Assembly (NCBI GenBank): GCA_965262915.1
Contig: OZ253564.1
Coordinates: 4,352,001-4,416,000 of the forward strand
Source of the DNA: Candidatus Spongiisociaceae bacterium
Lineage (GTDB): Bacteria > Actinomycetota > Acidimicrobiia > Spongiisociales > Spongiisociaceae
Direction: 5' to 3'
DNA: 64,000 nt
In this document: one piece after another, positions 1-10,229 of the stretch
Layout: every line of letters starts with the position of its first letter
Position numbering within the stretch: the stretch's first letter is position 1
Notes under the pieces: model-generated
Database searches by the model: none
Told to the model about the DNA's origin: nothing
What the model saw: only the letters and a program-made list of their open reading frames with translations
Program-made: the position numbers and the translations under genes

Positions 1-1003
1 TCCAGGCACCCTGCTGGAGGCCGAAAGTCCAAGCGGCCGCAACACCCAGGGTGACACCGACAGGAACCCGCGTACGTCGATCCACCAGCCCGGCCACCAG
101 TGCGAACGGCGCCAGGGCCCGGAACCACACGGGGGTGAAACGTCCGGCAAATCGCCACTGCCTGGCCAGGAACTCCCCGAACGCGCCCCGCGTCGTATCG
201 ACTCTGAAGGCCACCCGGTTGCCCAGCTCGCTCGGATCGGTGGCGTTGAGAAGCCATGCGGCGGTGATCAGCACCCCGGCAACGGCCCCCAGCGCCACCC
301 AGCGGGTCACCGACACCGGGCCCTTCGCAGCGAAGAGCCAGAGGACGAGCAAAGCGATGGCCGCCATCGCGATCCAAGACTGCATGGCGGTCAGGCCGGC
401 CAGTACAGCTGCGCCCGCAAGGACCGGACCGGGCGGATGGTCCGCCTCGCGTAGGTAAGCGATGGCCGCTGCCGAGGCAACAATCAGGGAGAACCCCACG
501 CCGATCCGCCCGTACACGAAGTAGAACCCGGTCACGGTCATGGCTCCCACCGCCAGCAGGGTCGGGCCCCAATGGAGCCCCCTGACCCGGAGTAGTGCGG
601 TCATGAACAGCACCGTTGCCGACCCCATCAGGAACCCGACCGACCGCAGCCCGGCGGGTGTGTCACCGAGCAGACCGACGGACAGGATCGAGACAAACGT
701 CTGGAGCGGCGGATGGTGGGCGTAGGTCACCGCGGCCCGAGGCGGCGTCTCCCCTGGTGCAACGCCGTACTCGGCCCTTATGTACGGCTCGATCAGTGCG
801 CCGTAACCCGACTCCACCGCTCCCCGGTTCCAGAAATTGCGGGCCTGCAGACCCGACCGCGCCAGGATGCGTCCGTCGTCGCTGTCGCCCAACGGAAGAT
901 GGAGGTCCGGCAGCCAGACCGCCAGTACTACAAGAGCGATCAGCCCGGCGACGGTCCATCCCGACCAGAGGCGCGCCGCTATCCCGGTGCCTGATGGCCT
1001 CAT
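1..1003 (-). CDS. Polytopic membrane GT-C/ArnT-like glycosyltransferase, runs off window edge
   Basis: Translated by eye from ATG 1003: MRPSGTGIAARLWSG...DSDDGRILARSGLQARNF...YAHHPPL...LVDRRTR; paralogous to 2792-4228; absent from ORF track because no stop is in the window. Confidence 0.7.
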   Translation of the reverse strand, partial: MRPSGTGIAARLWSGWTVAGLIALVVLAVWLPDLHLPLGDSDDGRILARSGLQARNFWNRGAVESGYGALIEPYIRAEYGVAPGETPPRAAVTYAHHPPLQTFVSILSVGLLGDTPAGLRSVGFLMGSATVLFMTALLRVRGLHWGPTLLAVGAMTVTGFYFVYGRIGVGFSLIVASAAAIAYLREADHPPGPVLAGAAVLAGLTAMQSWIAMAAIALLVLWLFAAKGPVSVTRWVALGAVAGVLITAAWLLNATDPSELGNRVAFRVDTTRGAFGEFLARQWRFAGRFTPVWFRALAPFALVAGLVDRRTRVPVGVTLGVAAAWTFGLQQGAW

Positions 1004-1309
1004 GTGCCTTCCATTATATGTCTGGGATGGCGTGCAGTTCGGATCCATCGGAGCAAGACCGGAGTTGTCGTTCCCCTACGGGTGACGACCGACGCAGCCG
1101 GAACAGCACGCCGAGCTTGTCCGGACTGCGGCTTTTCGGATCCAGCCCCTCGGGCCTCTCGGCCTGCTACCGCGGTGCCGATGGCTAGGATCCTCGCTTC
1201 GGCTGCTGAAGAACGCCGAGCAATCCACCCTCAGCCCACAGGCCGAGCACCAGCTCTGAGGTCAACGGTTGACAGGGCACAGTAATCGTCATCGTTGTTC
1301 AGCATTCTC

Positions 1310-1438
1310 CTAGTATCCTGATGCGGGGATTCATTGGAGATAGTTGGTGAGGTTGTTGAAGATTTGGTGGGCGGTCTTGTGCCAGATGAACGTTTTTTTG
1401 GGTCTTGGTTCCAGTGGGTGACCCATCCAGGACACTAG
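1310..1438 (-). mobile_element. Internally deleted IS630-like mini-element
   Basis: Inverted ends CTAGTATCCTG...CAGGACACTAG; interior encodes an IS630-type C-terminus (FIWHKTAHQI). Confidence 0.65.
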
Positions 1439-2733
1439 AGTCCAAGTCGGGTCAGAAACCGGTCCGTGGCGAGTTGTAAACCCCGTACCGGACCGTCGAG
1501 CCTTCCAGGCGGTCGGACCAGATCCCATCCTTCCATCTCCTTGACATGCTTCCGCTCCATTGGCTCCAGATATGCCAGGACACGTTCGCGGATCATCATT
1601 CGCCATTCTGGGTCACAAAATTCGAATGTGCCCGTATGAACCCGCATCGGCCACTCGGACCTGATCGCGGGTAGAGGGGCCAATCTATCTACGACAAACA
1701 TCGGCAAGTTCTCAACCCTGTCCCGTGCGTAACAAAAGGTATGGCCATAATACAGCGGCTTCCGTTCGAGAAACTCGTGGATGTATTCACGATCGTACGG
1801 CTCCCAATCAGGAAGATAATCGGAATCAAGCACCGCGCGGATCACATCTCTACGAAAACACTTTGTACATCGAAGACATGCCTTACCGTCGTGTTCCATA
1901 CAATAGACCACATCTCCCGAGTGAACGAGGTCGAGTGAGAGTTGCATCGTCACGTACTCGCTCACTCCACAGACAGGTGAGAACACCGGTATTCCTACTT
2001 CATTGAAAGCAGTCTGCCAGAAGTTACCTGTGACTCCATGCCGCTTTCGTGCCCTGAAACGATTCCAGTATCTCGTCCCGTTATACAGGAGCGTATTGGC
2101 GAGCGTAGATCCCATTAGAATGATCCCGAAATCGTAGTCGGTAGCCAGCAGAAGCGACGTGGCAAACGCGCATGTCCATCCATGCCAGCCTCCCGGGTAG
2201 GAAACGTATCTCTGGTTGGTTGTTACAATCTTTCCCATGTCAGGACCCAAGCTACGCACGATCTCGTGGGTATGAGAGGGTACTAGCCTTCCTTGCCTGA
2301 GGTGTGCCTCATGGACGACATATGCGTCAGGAAACATCACGCGAATGGCACTGGAGTCGATTCCTCCACCAAAGGAAAGTGCCATCTTCGAACCCGAGTA
2401 CTTGTCGAGCTTGGGATCAACGTTGGCGAACCTGAACACACGGCCAAAATTCGGTCTTTTGAACGCTGCTTCGAGTCGGGGAGAAACAGGCACAGGGAAT
2501 ACAACCCGGTGACCGATGAAGGGATAGAAGATGATCAGGCAAAGGAGTCCGAGTAGATCGGGGTGAATCGATTGTACGGCACAGTCGAATGTGATTTCCT
2601 CACCGGAGTAGGTGATCTCTTGGCCATGGCCTTCCTGCCTCTCCCCCGTCTGCTTATCTCCGAGCTCGAAAATGGCGCGCAGGGTTGATGTTTGTCCCTG
2701 GGACTCGAACTCGAAAATCATCGTGGTCTCCAT
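1435..2733 (-). CDS. PP-loop (QueC/MurL-like, possibly DUF6395) protein
   Basis: SFGGGIDSS PP-loop variant, CLRCTKC motif; visibly lower GC; start uncertain. Confidence 0.6.
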   Translation of the reverse strand: METTMIFEFESQGQTSTLRAIFELGDKQTGERQEGHGQEITYSGEEITFDCAVQSIHPDLLGLLCLIIFYPFIGHRVVFPVPVSPRLEAAFKRPNFGRVFRFANVDPKLDKYSGSKMALSFGGGIDSSAIRVMFPDAYVVHEAHLRQGRLVPSHTHEIVRSLGPDMGKIVTTNQRYVSYPGGWHGWTCAFATSLLLATDYDFGIILMGSTLANTLLYNGTRYWNRFRARKRHGVTGNFWQTAFNEVGIPVFSPVCGVSEYVTMQLSLDLVHSGDVVYCMEHDGKACLRCTKCFRRDVIRAVLDSDYLPDWEPYDREYIHEFLERKPLYYGHTFCYARDRVENLPMFVVDRLAPLPAIRSEWPMRVHTGTFEFCDPEWRMMIRERVLAYLEPMERKHVKEMEGWDLVRPPGRLDGPVRGLQLATDRFLTRLGL

Positions 2734-2791
2734 TGCAGTGAGCCGTTCGAAGCTCTGGTGAGAGTTGTAAAGTACTATAGACCTTGTACTC

Positions 2792-4228
2792 TTACTTACT
2801 GCGTCGTAGAGCGGCGCCCGTAACGAGGCCATAACGGCCCCTGTGGGCCATCGTATCCGGATTCGTCGCCATCCACGACGGCAATCGGTCAAGGCGAACC
2901 AGAGCGAGTTCCGTGTCGCCTACGCCGTCTGCAGTACCGGCGGTCAATTCGGTCACTGGCAGGTCCCAGTAATAGCTTACCCAGCGCGGCACCGGATCCA
3001 CGCCCCCAACCACCCAAGCCATCGTCTGTCCAGACGCCGGGCCGGTTTCCCGTAGCAGCACGCCGGCGTCGGAAGGGCTCCGGAAGTAGGCATCGCGGTA
3101 CGGCGCCAGGCGGGCGAATCCGGCCACCGCGAGGAGCACCAACGCGAGCGCTGCCCCGATCAACACCGGCTTGCCGTCGAACCGACCTGCTGCCCGATCC
3201 AGAATCACGGCCAGACCCAAGAACACCGGAACCAGCAGCGGATAGGTCCAGTAATCGTGGACGTACGCTGCGGCGGGGGCCGCCAGCGTCCACATTCCGA
3301 GAGCGACCAGGATCGCGCCGGACGCCCCTCTGGTCCGCCGGTCCACCAGGGCCACGACCAGCGCCGGGACGATCATCCACCGGAACCACCATGGAAACAG
3401 GGTCCCGTAGAACCACTCGTAGTTATCGACGAGTCCGGCCCATCCCGACCACCGGAGCCGGGATCGGGTATGGCCGGCCAACTCGCCCGCGTCACCCACG
3501 GCCAGCGCCCAGAACAAGGCCAGGGCCACCATCGCGAGACCGACGGCCCCCACCGCCATGGCCCTCCTTCGGTTCGGGCCCTCGCGCATCCCCGACCCGG
3601 AAGCCAGAACGATCAGCGCGGCGCCCATCCACGACGACAGGGCCGTCAACCCTGCGGCGATCAACAGCACGCCGTGGCTCCCTCCCATCCTCCGGTGCCG
3701 GTACCAGAGGGCCAGGAACACCACCATGATCGACACGCCGAGCCCCAGACGGGCGTAGATCCAGAACATGGGAGTGGCCGCCACCAAGGCCATCACCACC
3801 ACGGAGACGCCCGCCCCCAAATCCAGTTCCCCAGCCAGCCAGAGCAGCCCGGCCACCGTTCCCAGCCCGGCGGCGTACCCGATCGCGTGCAACTGCCATT
3901 CGCCCTGCCCGAGCACCGAACCGACCGCGGCGTGCAGGATGTTCATCAGCGGGGGGTGATGGACGTAGGGGTCGGACGAGAAGGGCGCCATCGACGCCAG
4001 GTAATCCGACCCCGGCAGGCCGCCTTCGACGAAGTTGCGAACCACGAGACCGAACCGTCCGTTGATGCGTCCGTTATGGCTGGCGCCGAGCGGGAGGAAC
4101 AACAGCTCCCACCAACCGGCCCCCAGCACGGCGGCGATCACCGTCCCACCGGCCACCCTGACCGGAGTGTCCCGACGGAGCAGGTCGAGGACGGGGCCGC
4201 CATTCATCCGCCGGAGCCTATCCGTCAC
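2792..4228 (-). CDS. Polytopic membrane GT-C/ArnT-like glycosyltransferase
   Basis: Many TM segments, YVHHPPL motif, glycan-cluster context. Confidence 0.65.
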   Translation of the reverse strand: MTDRLRRMNGGPVLDLLRRDTPVRVAGGTVIAAVLGAGWWELLFLPLGASHNGRINGRFGLVVRNFVEGGLPGSDYLASMAPFSSDPYVHHPPLMNILHAAVGSVLGQGEWQLHAIGYAAGLGTVAGLLWLAGELDLGAGVSVVVMALVAATPMFWIYARLGLGVSIMVVFLALWYRHRRMGGSHGVLLIAAGLTALSSWMGAALIVLASGSGMREGPNRRRAMAVGAVGLAMVALALFWALAVGDAGELAGHTRSRLRWSGWAGLVDNYEWFYGTLFPWWFRWMIVPALVVALVDRRTRGASGAILVALGMWTLAAPAAAYVHDYWTYPLLVPVFLGLAVILDRAAGRFDGKPVLIGAALALVLLAVAGFARLAPYRDAYFRSPSDAGVLLRETGPASGQTMAWVVGGVDPVPRWVSYYWDLPVTELTAGTADGVGDTELALVRLDRLPSWMATNPDTMAHRGRYGLVTGAALRRSK

Positions 4229-4252
4229 CCCGCCACTGAGCGGTAGATCGGA

Positions 4253-4969
4253 TCAAGCCGGCTTCCGAGCGGCGGCGATGACTCCTCTCAACTGGTCGAT
4301 AGTCGGCCGGCCGGCAAGACCTTCCGGGGTTCGATATACGCGGCACGCCAACCCGACTCGGGCGGAGGGATCGAAGAACGGGTCGACTCCGTCGACCAGG
4401 ACCGTGGGCGAACCCCGGAACCCGTGTTCCAGCGCTGCTTCCGGGGTCTCGATCCGCTGGTACCGGACCCTGACGCCGAGCTGGTCGAGGTGACGCCCGG
4501 TGGTCTCCCAGTTGGGACAACCATCGAAGTACTGGAGGGTGACGTCGACGGCCGATTCCCTCGGCAGGCCCGGGCTGGGGGGGTCGACCAGATGGCAGAT
4601 GCAGTGGAGGGGCCAGTCGTCCTCCACCCCTTCGGCTTCGGTCCGGAGAACGACCAGATTCTCCCGCGCCCGGCGAAGCTCCTCGATCCGGCGGTCCATG
4701 GCGGATATCTCCCGGACGATGGCTTGCCTCAGTAGGTCACACGGCGCAACCCCGCTGCTACACATGGACACGATTTCGCGAATGTCCCCGAGCGAGAGCT
4801 CGAGAGAACGCAACTGCCGGACGAACCTCAGCAGGTCCACGTCTTCCTCTGTGTAATCCCGGTACCCCTCCGGGGTCCGGGTGGGACGGGGAACTATCCC
4901 CTGCGCCTCGTAGTAGCGGATCGCAGATGCTCTCAACCCCGCCGAACGGGCCGCCTCGCCGATCAACAC
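4253..4969 (-). CDS. MerR-family metal regulator fused to a thioredoxin-fold domain
   Basis: IGEAA..IRYYE..GYRDY HTH, Cys residues; C-terminal YFDGCPNW..FRGSPTVLVDG..ACRVY. Confidence 0.8.
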   Translation of the reverse strand: MLIGEAARSAGLRASAIRYYEAQGIVPRPTRTPEGYRDYTEEDVDLLRFVRQLRSLELSLGDIREIVSMCSSGVAPCDLLRQAIVREISAMDRRIEELRRARENLVVLRTEAEGVEDDWPLHCICHLVDPPSPGLPRESAVDVTLQYFDGCPNWETTGRHLDQLGVRVRYQRIETPEAALEHGFRGSPTVLVDGVDPFFDPSARVGLACRVYRTPEGLAGRPTIDQLRGVIAAARKPA

Positions 4970-5387
4970 CTATCGTCCCCCGCAGTCACAACAGCGTGAT
5001 CGGGTAGGCGTGCCTGCCTGCCCACCCCCGGGAGTTCGACCCCCGTGAGATCGCGAAAAACGCCGCCCGCGGACCGTTGCTCCGGGCCCTCCCCCACCAC
5101 CACCCTGCCAGGGTTCCGAGCGCGTTCCTCCCGCCCCCGGCGGGCCATCCGGCTCCGAGACTCAATGATCCCTCGGGCGGTCGAACGACGTCCGGTTCGA
5201 CACCGCCCCGGTGTTTGGTACCACCCATAGTGCAACACGACTGTGACAGGGTCAACCCCCTCGCACAGGAAACTATTCGCGATTCGGTCCACCTAACCCG
5301 AACGAATCTACACCTTCATCCCGGTCGAAGGTCAAGTCCGGGCGGCCGGGCTTGCTGCGCGGCGCTCGGGCGGTCAAACTCGCAGGC

Positions 5388-6317
5388 GTGACATCAGACG
5401 CAGCGGTAGACGTGAGCATCGTGCTGCCGGTCTTCAACGAGGCCGGACACCTCGGGAGAGAGGTCGAGCGGATCAGGGAAGCGATGGACGCGTCGCCTTA
5501 CGAGTACGAGATCCTGGTGGTCGACGACGGTTCGACCGACGGCGGCGTGGCCGAGTTGGAGGATATGGACGACATCCGCCTGGTCGCGTTCGAGCAGAAC
5601 CGCGGCTCCGGGGCTGCTCGCAGGGCCGGAACCTCGCTGGCCAGGGGCGATGTGGTGGTCTGGACGGACGCCGACATGACCTACCCGAACGACCTGATCC
5701 CGGCGTTGGTGGGTCTCCTGCCCGGATGGGACATGGTGGTGGGGGCCCGGAAGTCCGAAGGCGGCTCCCACAAGCTGTTCCGGGTTCCCATCAAGTGGGC
5801 GATCCGCATGCTGGCGTCGTTCCTGACGATGACCAGGATTCCTGACCTCAACTCGGGCTTTCGCGCCTTCCGCCGGGTGGTGGCCGGCCAGTACCTCCAC
5901 CTGCTGCCCTCCGGCTTCAGTTGCGTCACCACCCTGACGATGAGCTTTCTCTCCAACGGGTACTCGGTTCGCTACACACCGATCGAGTACGCGGCCCGGG
6001 CAGGCAGGTCCAAGTTCCACTGGTGGAAGGACACCGCCCTCTACATCAGGCAGGTGCTCCGCATGGTCCTGCTGTGGAACCCCTTGCGCTTCTTCGCGCC
6101 GGTCGGCGTGACCCTGGGCGTCTCCGGGTTGGGGAAGCTGCTCTACGACCTGGTCACCAAGGATCTGCGGGTGGCGACCAATACGGTGACGTTGCTCCTG
6201 TCCGCCGTAGCCGTCCTCCTCCTGGCCTTGGGGGCCGACCTCCTGGTCCTGCTCAACCGGCCTCGGGACATGGTGCTGCCCGCCACATCGGATCCCGAAG
6301 ACCGCCCGGGCCGCTGA
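5388..6317 (+). CDS. GT2 glycosyltransferase (DPM1-like)
   Basis: VLPVFNE, VVDDGSTD, DAD motif, NSGFRAF, two C-terminal TMs. Confidence 0.9.
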   Translation: MTSDAAVDVSIVLPVFNEAGHLGREVERIREAMDASPYEYEILVVDDGSTDGGVAELEDMDDIRLVAFEQNRGSGAARRAGTSLARGDVVVWTDADMTYPNDLIPALVGLLPGWDMVVGARKSEGGSHKLFRVPIKWAIRMLASFLTMTRIPDLNSGFRAFRRVVAGQYLHLLPSGFSCVTTLTMSFLSNGYSVRYTPIEYAARAGRSKFHWWKDTALYIRQVLRMVLLWNPLRFFAPVGVTLGVSGLGKLLYDLVTKDLRVATNTVTLLLSAVAVLLLALGADLLVLLNRPRDMVLPATSDPEDRPGR

Positions 6318-6434
6318 GCAGACCGTAGGGAGGCGCTGGAGGGTGAGGTTCGTACTGCGGTCAGGGGGGCGCCCGCCCGGAGCAGCCGGCCGCACATGTG
6401 GCTGCCGGGGCCACCGGGAAGGCTCGGGCTCCCA

Positions 6435-7508
6435 ATGACCCGCCGCATCGCCGTCGCCGGTTGGATCGGTTCGGACAATCTCGGCGACGAGCTCATCCTG
6501 AGGGCATTGGCCGGATCGCTGCGCGCCCGGGGGGCGGAGCCGGTTGCCATCACGATCGACCCGCACCGGACCACCCGCACCCACGGAATCGATGCCCTCG
6601 TCCACCGATCCCCCCTCGACACGCTGCGCTTGGCCCGGTCGCTGCGGGACATGCACGGGCTGGTGGTCACAGGTGGGTTGATACAGACCGAGACATCGGT
6701 GTGGAACGTACCGTTCCACGCCTTGAGGATGCGGGCCGGCGCCCGGTTGCCCGGTTGTGCAGTCGGTCTCGGGGTGGGGAGGGTGAGCGGGCCTGTCCCG
6801 GTCGCGGTGGCCCGTCGCGCCCTTCGGCGGTTGGAGATGGTCGTGGTACGTGACCACGACTCCGCCGATCGGCTGCTCGGCTGGGGACTTCGCAACGTCC
6901 GGGTGGGGAGCGATCCCGTCATCGGTGAACCCGTCGGACCCGTCGTTGCCGAGGACACGATGTGCGTGATCCTGCGACCCCCCAACCGCCGGGGAGTCGG
7001 TACGGCCGCCACCAAGGCCGGTCCTCCCTCCCCCGCCCGGTCCGTTGCCATCGCCGCCGCTCTCGACGCCGTGGCGCGAGCTACCGGATTGTCAACCCGC
7101 ATGGTGGCTTTCCAGGAGAGCCGGGACATGGCGATTCACCGATCGGTCGCGGAGCACCTGGGCTCGGAGGCCGAGTTGGCGGCGCCCGGGCTCGACGACG
7201 TGCTCGACGAAGTGGGCAAGAGCCGCCTGGTGATCACGATGCGCTACCACGGAGCCATCGCCGCCCTTCTCCACGGAAGGCCGGCGGTCCTGCTCGACTA
7301 CTCACCCAAGATGTCGTCCCTGGCTGCGGAAGGGGGACGGTGGGCCCCGCTGGTCACATCTCTCCAGCCCGAGCCCGACCGCCTGGTGCGAGCCGCCGAA
7401 GCCGCCATCGGGGTCGCCGCCCGGGCGAGCGAAGTGCGGGAGCTCCTCAGGGAGCGCCTGTCCGAGAACGACCGGGCACTGGACATCGTTATCGGCCGCG
7501 GTCCATGA
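6435..7508 (+). CDS. Polysaccharide pyruvyl transferase family protein
   Basis: GSDNLGDELI, VVVRD..S, MRYHG motifs. Confidence 0.85.
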   Translation: MTRRIAVAGWIGSDNLGDELILRALAGSLRARGAEPVAITIDPHRTTRTHGIDALVHRSPLDTLRLARSLRDMHGLVVTGGLIQTETSVWNVPFHALRMRAGARLPGCAVGLGVGRVSGPVPVAVARRALRRLEMVVVRDHDSADRLLGWGLRNVRVGSDPVIGEPVGPVVAEDTMCVILRPPNRRGVGTAATKAGPPSPARSVAIAAALDAVARATGLSTRMVAFQESRDMAIHRSVAEHLGSEAELAAPGLDDVLDEVGKSRLVITMRYHGAIAALLHGRPAVLLDYSPKMSSLAAEGGRWAPLVTSLQPEPDRLVRAAEAAIGVAARASEVRELLRERLSENDRALDIVIGRGP

Positions 7509-8482
7509 AGAGACTGAAACCCCTGCTAAGGGCGCTGCGGATCGCCTACTTGATAGGACTGGCAGTCCTGATCGCATGGGTGGTGCGCTCCGAGTGGTCG
7601 GAAGTGATGGGATTGGTGGAAGGCGCCCGGCCGGCGCCCATCGCCGTTTCGCTGCTGGCGAGCTTCGGCCTGATCTGGATAGGCGCCTGGTTCTGGGTGG
7701 TGAGCCTTCGGACCCAGGGTTACCGTGCATCTCCTCTCGGGGTGCTCAACGAAGCGGTCCTGGCCACCTCCCGATCCCTGCCGGCCCGCTACGTGCCGGG
7801 CTCGGTGTGGTTCGCGGTGGGGAGGGTAGGGCTGCTGCGTAACGCCGGGATACCTCTCGGGCCGCTCAGCGCCACCGCGATACTCGAGATGGCCACCAGC
7901 CTGACCGTGGTGCTCATTTGCGGCCTGGCGGTGCTCGGCCTCTCCGGAGGCATTCCCGTGAGTGCAACCTGGATGATCGCCCTGGCCCTGGCCCTGATCG
8001 CCGCCACCTCCCCTGCCGTGGGCGGGAGAGTGGTGGCCTGGCTGGCGGCGCGCCGGGGCATCGGGTTCTCCCTCAGCTGGCGCGGGTACCTGCAGTTGAT
8101 AGGCATCAACCTGGTTTTCTGGGGATGGTCGGCCTTCACATTCCTCCTGTACCTGCGCTCGTTCCCCGCCACCGACGGCTACAGCACGATCCTGGTGGTA
8201 GGAGGGTTCCTCTTGACCTGGGGTATCGGGTTCCTGGCGCCCTTCGCCCCCCAAGGAATCGGAGTGTTCGAGGTAACGATGGCCACCGTGCTGCAGGCGG
8301 AGGGGGTGGCCGGGACCGCGGTGGTACTGGGCGGCTACCGGCTCGTGCTAGTGGCCAGGGACCTCGTAGCGACCTCCGCGGCCGAGTTCATAGCCACTCG
8401 GAGAGCACTTCGAGGACCAGGACCGAAGGATCGACCTCGGGAACCCGGTACGGACGACGGAACCGATCCGGGTCCTCGATGA
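7505..8482 (+). CDS. Lysylphosphatidylglycerol-synthase-like membrane (flippase-like) protein
   Basis: ARYVPGSVW and PQGIGVFE motifs; ATGA overlap with upstream gene. Confidence 0.8.
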   Translation: MKRLKPLLRALRIAYLIGLAVLIAWVVRSEWSEVMGLVEGARPAPIAVSLLASFGLIWIGAWFWVVSLRTQGYRASPLGVLNEAVLATSRSLPARYVPGSVWFAVGRVGLLRNAGIPLGPLSATAILEMATSLTVVLICGLAVLGLSGGIPVSATWMIALALALIAATSPAVGGRVVAWLAARRGIGFSLSWRGYLQLIGINLVFWGWSAFTFLLYLRSFPATDGYSTILVVGGFLLTWGIGFLAPFAPQGIGVFEVTMATVLQAEGVAGTAVVLGGYRLVLVARDLVATSAAEFIATRRALRGPGPKDRPREPGTDDGTDPGPR

Positions 8483-9452
8483 ATCCTTGGACGACCGACG
8501 GGTCGTAGCGGCTCAACACCACGTTGGCGCCCACCCCGTCGGAGCGATCCGTGCGCTTGCGCCACAGCAGGGTGGGAACGCCCAGCATGGCGCACTCCTC
8601 CTGGATCGATCCGCCGTCGGTGACCACGAAGGGGGCAGCGGCCACCATGTTCAAGAACTCGGCATGGCCCACCAGATCCATCAACTCCACACCGGAGCGC
8701 TCCAGCCGCTGCATAGCCCGGTCACCGAGCGCTCCGATGGTCGGCTGGTGGAGGAGCCAACGTACCGGGCGGTCGGCGGCCAGCTGCTCCGCGAGGGCCG
8801 CCAGCCCTTCCCGCCTGGTCCGGCGGTGGAGGTTCTCCACCCGGTGCATGGTAATGATCACCGGTCCCGTACCCCCGCCAACCGGATCCGCCCTCCGCAA
8901 CGACTCGAGCACCGTGTTGCCGGGTAGCGGCACGATCCGGCCCGTGACGCGCATGGCCTCGAGGTTGCGCACTGCCTCGTCGTCAGGAGCGAACAGCAGA
9001 TCGGCCCGCCGCGCCACCAGATGGCGGATCAGTTCCTCGGGGAACGGGTGCAGCCAGCGGCCCGACCGCAGGCCCGCTTCGAGATGGGCCACAGCCAAGC
9101 CCGCCCGGCGAGCCATGATCGTGCTGAGCAGGGTCGAGGGCGTGTCCCCGTGGACGACGCACACTCCTCCCAGGCCGCCGAACACCCCCTCGCGGAGGCG
9201 GCGTTTCGACAGGAGACGGCCCGCCAGCCGGAATGTCCAACCGATGGCCTGGGGGATCGAGGTGACGTCGACCCCGTCGCCGAGTCGCACGTCGGGAGGC
9301 CGGATTCCCATCTCCTCCTGGAACGAAGCGGCGAGCACCGCGTGCTGGCCGGAGTCGATGAGCCGGTAGTCGACGCCGCGCGCGTCCATGAGCCGGAGCA
9401 GCGGCGCGGTCTTGATGTATTGCGCCTTGGTGCCGATGAACACCTGGATCAT
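8388..9452 (-). CDS. UDP-N-acetylglucosamine 2-epimerase family
   Basis: GTKAQYIK, SGQH, HGDT, HLEAGLRS, PEE, TDGGSIQEE. Confidence 0.9.
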   Translation of the reverse strand: MIQVFIGTKAQYIKTAPLLRLMDARGVDYRLIDSGQHAVLAASFQEEMGIRPPDVRLGDGVDVTSIPQAIGWTFRLAGRLLSKRRLREGVFGGLGGVCVVHGDTPSTLLSTIMARRAGLAVAHLEAGLRSGRWLHPFPEELIRHLVARRADLLFAPDDEAVRNLEAMRVTGRIVPLPGNTVLESLRRADPVGGGTGPVIITMHRVENLHRRTRREGLAALAEQLAADRPVRWLLHQPTIGALGDRAMQRLERSGVELMDLVGHAEFLNMVAAAPFVVTDGGSIQEECAMLGVPTLLWRKRTDRSDGVGANVVLSRYDPSVVQGFIEDPDRFRRPYRVPEVDPSVLVLEVLSEWL

Positions 9453-9485
9453 GCCCGGCTGCACGGCTTCTCGTTACGGCAACCC

Positions 9486-10229
9486 TCAGCCAGCCGTGGT
9501 AGGCAGGGCTAGTTTGTACGCCTCAACCACCGGACCAGCCGGACCCAAGCCCTGCACCTTGCCCCGATCGAGCCACAGCACCCGATCGCACATCTCGACT
9601 ACCATGGTGAGCGAGTGGCTGGCCACGATCACCGTCCCGCCCCTTGCCAGTAGATCCCGCATCGCCCCCAGGCTCTTCTCCCTGAAGCCGGCATCGCCCA
9701 CAGCCAAGACCTCATCGAGGAGGAGGATGTCTGGCAGCAGGTGCATCGAGATCGAGAAGGCCAGCCGGGAGACCATTCCGGACGAGAAGGACTTGAGGGG
9801 GCGGTCGATCGCCTCCCCGAGGCCCGCATAACCGACGATATCGTCGAACAGGCGGCCGATCTCCGCCCTTCTCAAGCCGTGCGCAAGGCCGCTCAGATAG
9901 ACATTGCGCCGCCCCGACAACTCGGTGTTGAAACCGGCACCCAGCTGCAGCAGGGTGGATGTCTCGCCGCGTATCTCCACGGTGCCCGAATCGGGCCGCA
10001 TGGTGCGGGCGATCACCCGTAGCAGGGTACTCTTGCCGGCCCCGTTGTCGCCCACCAGGCCCAGGGTCTCGCCTCGCTGAACCTCGAAGGAGACATCGTC
10101 GAGCGCCACCACGGTGGTGGCCTGTCGCAGCCTCCTCCCCGCGACGACCCTGCGCAGGGTCGGCGTCCGCTCAACGTAGGCCCGGTACCGGACCCCGACT
10201 CCATTCACCGAAACCGCCGCGGAACTCAC
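9486..10229 (-). CDS. Polysaccharide ABC exporter ATPase (Wzt/TagH-like)
   Basis: GDNGAGKST, FSSGM, LLLDEVLAVGD; GTGA overlap with permease. Confidence 0.9.
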   Translation of the reverse strand: MSSAAVSVNGVGVRYRAYVERTPTLRRVVAGRRLRQATTVVALDDVSFEVQRGETLGLVGDNGAGKSTLLRVIARTMRPDSGTVEIRGETSTLLQLGAGFNTELSGRRNVYLSGLAHGLRRAEIGRLFDDIVGYAGLGEAIDRPLKSFSSGMVSRLAFSISMHLLPDILLLDEVLAVGDAGFREKSLGAMRDLLARGGTVIVASHSLTMVVEMCDRVLWLDRGKVQGLGPAGPVVEAYKLALPTTAG

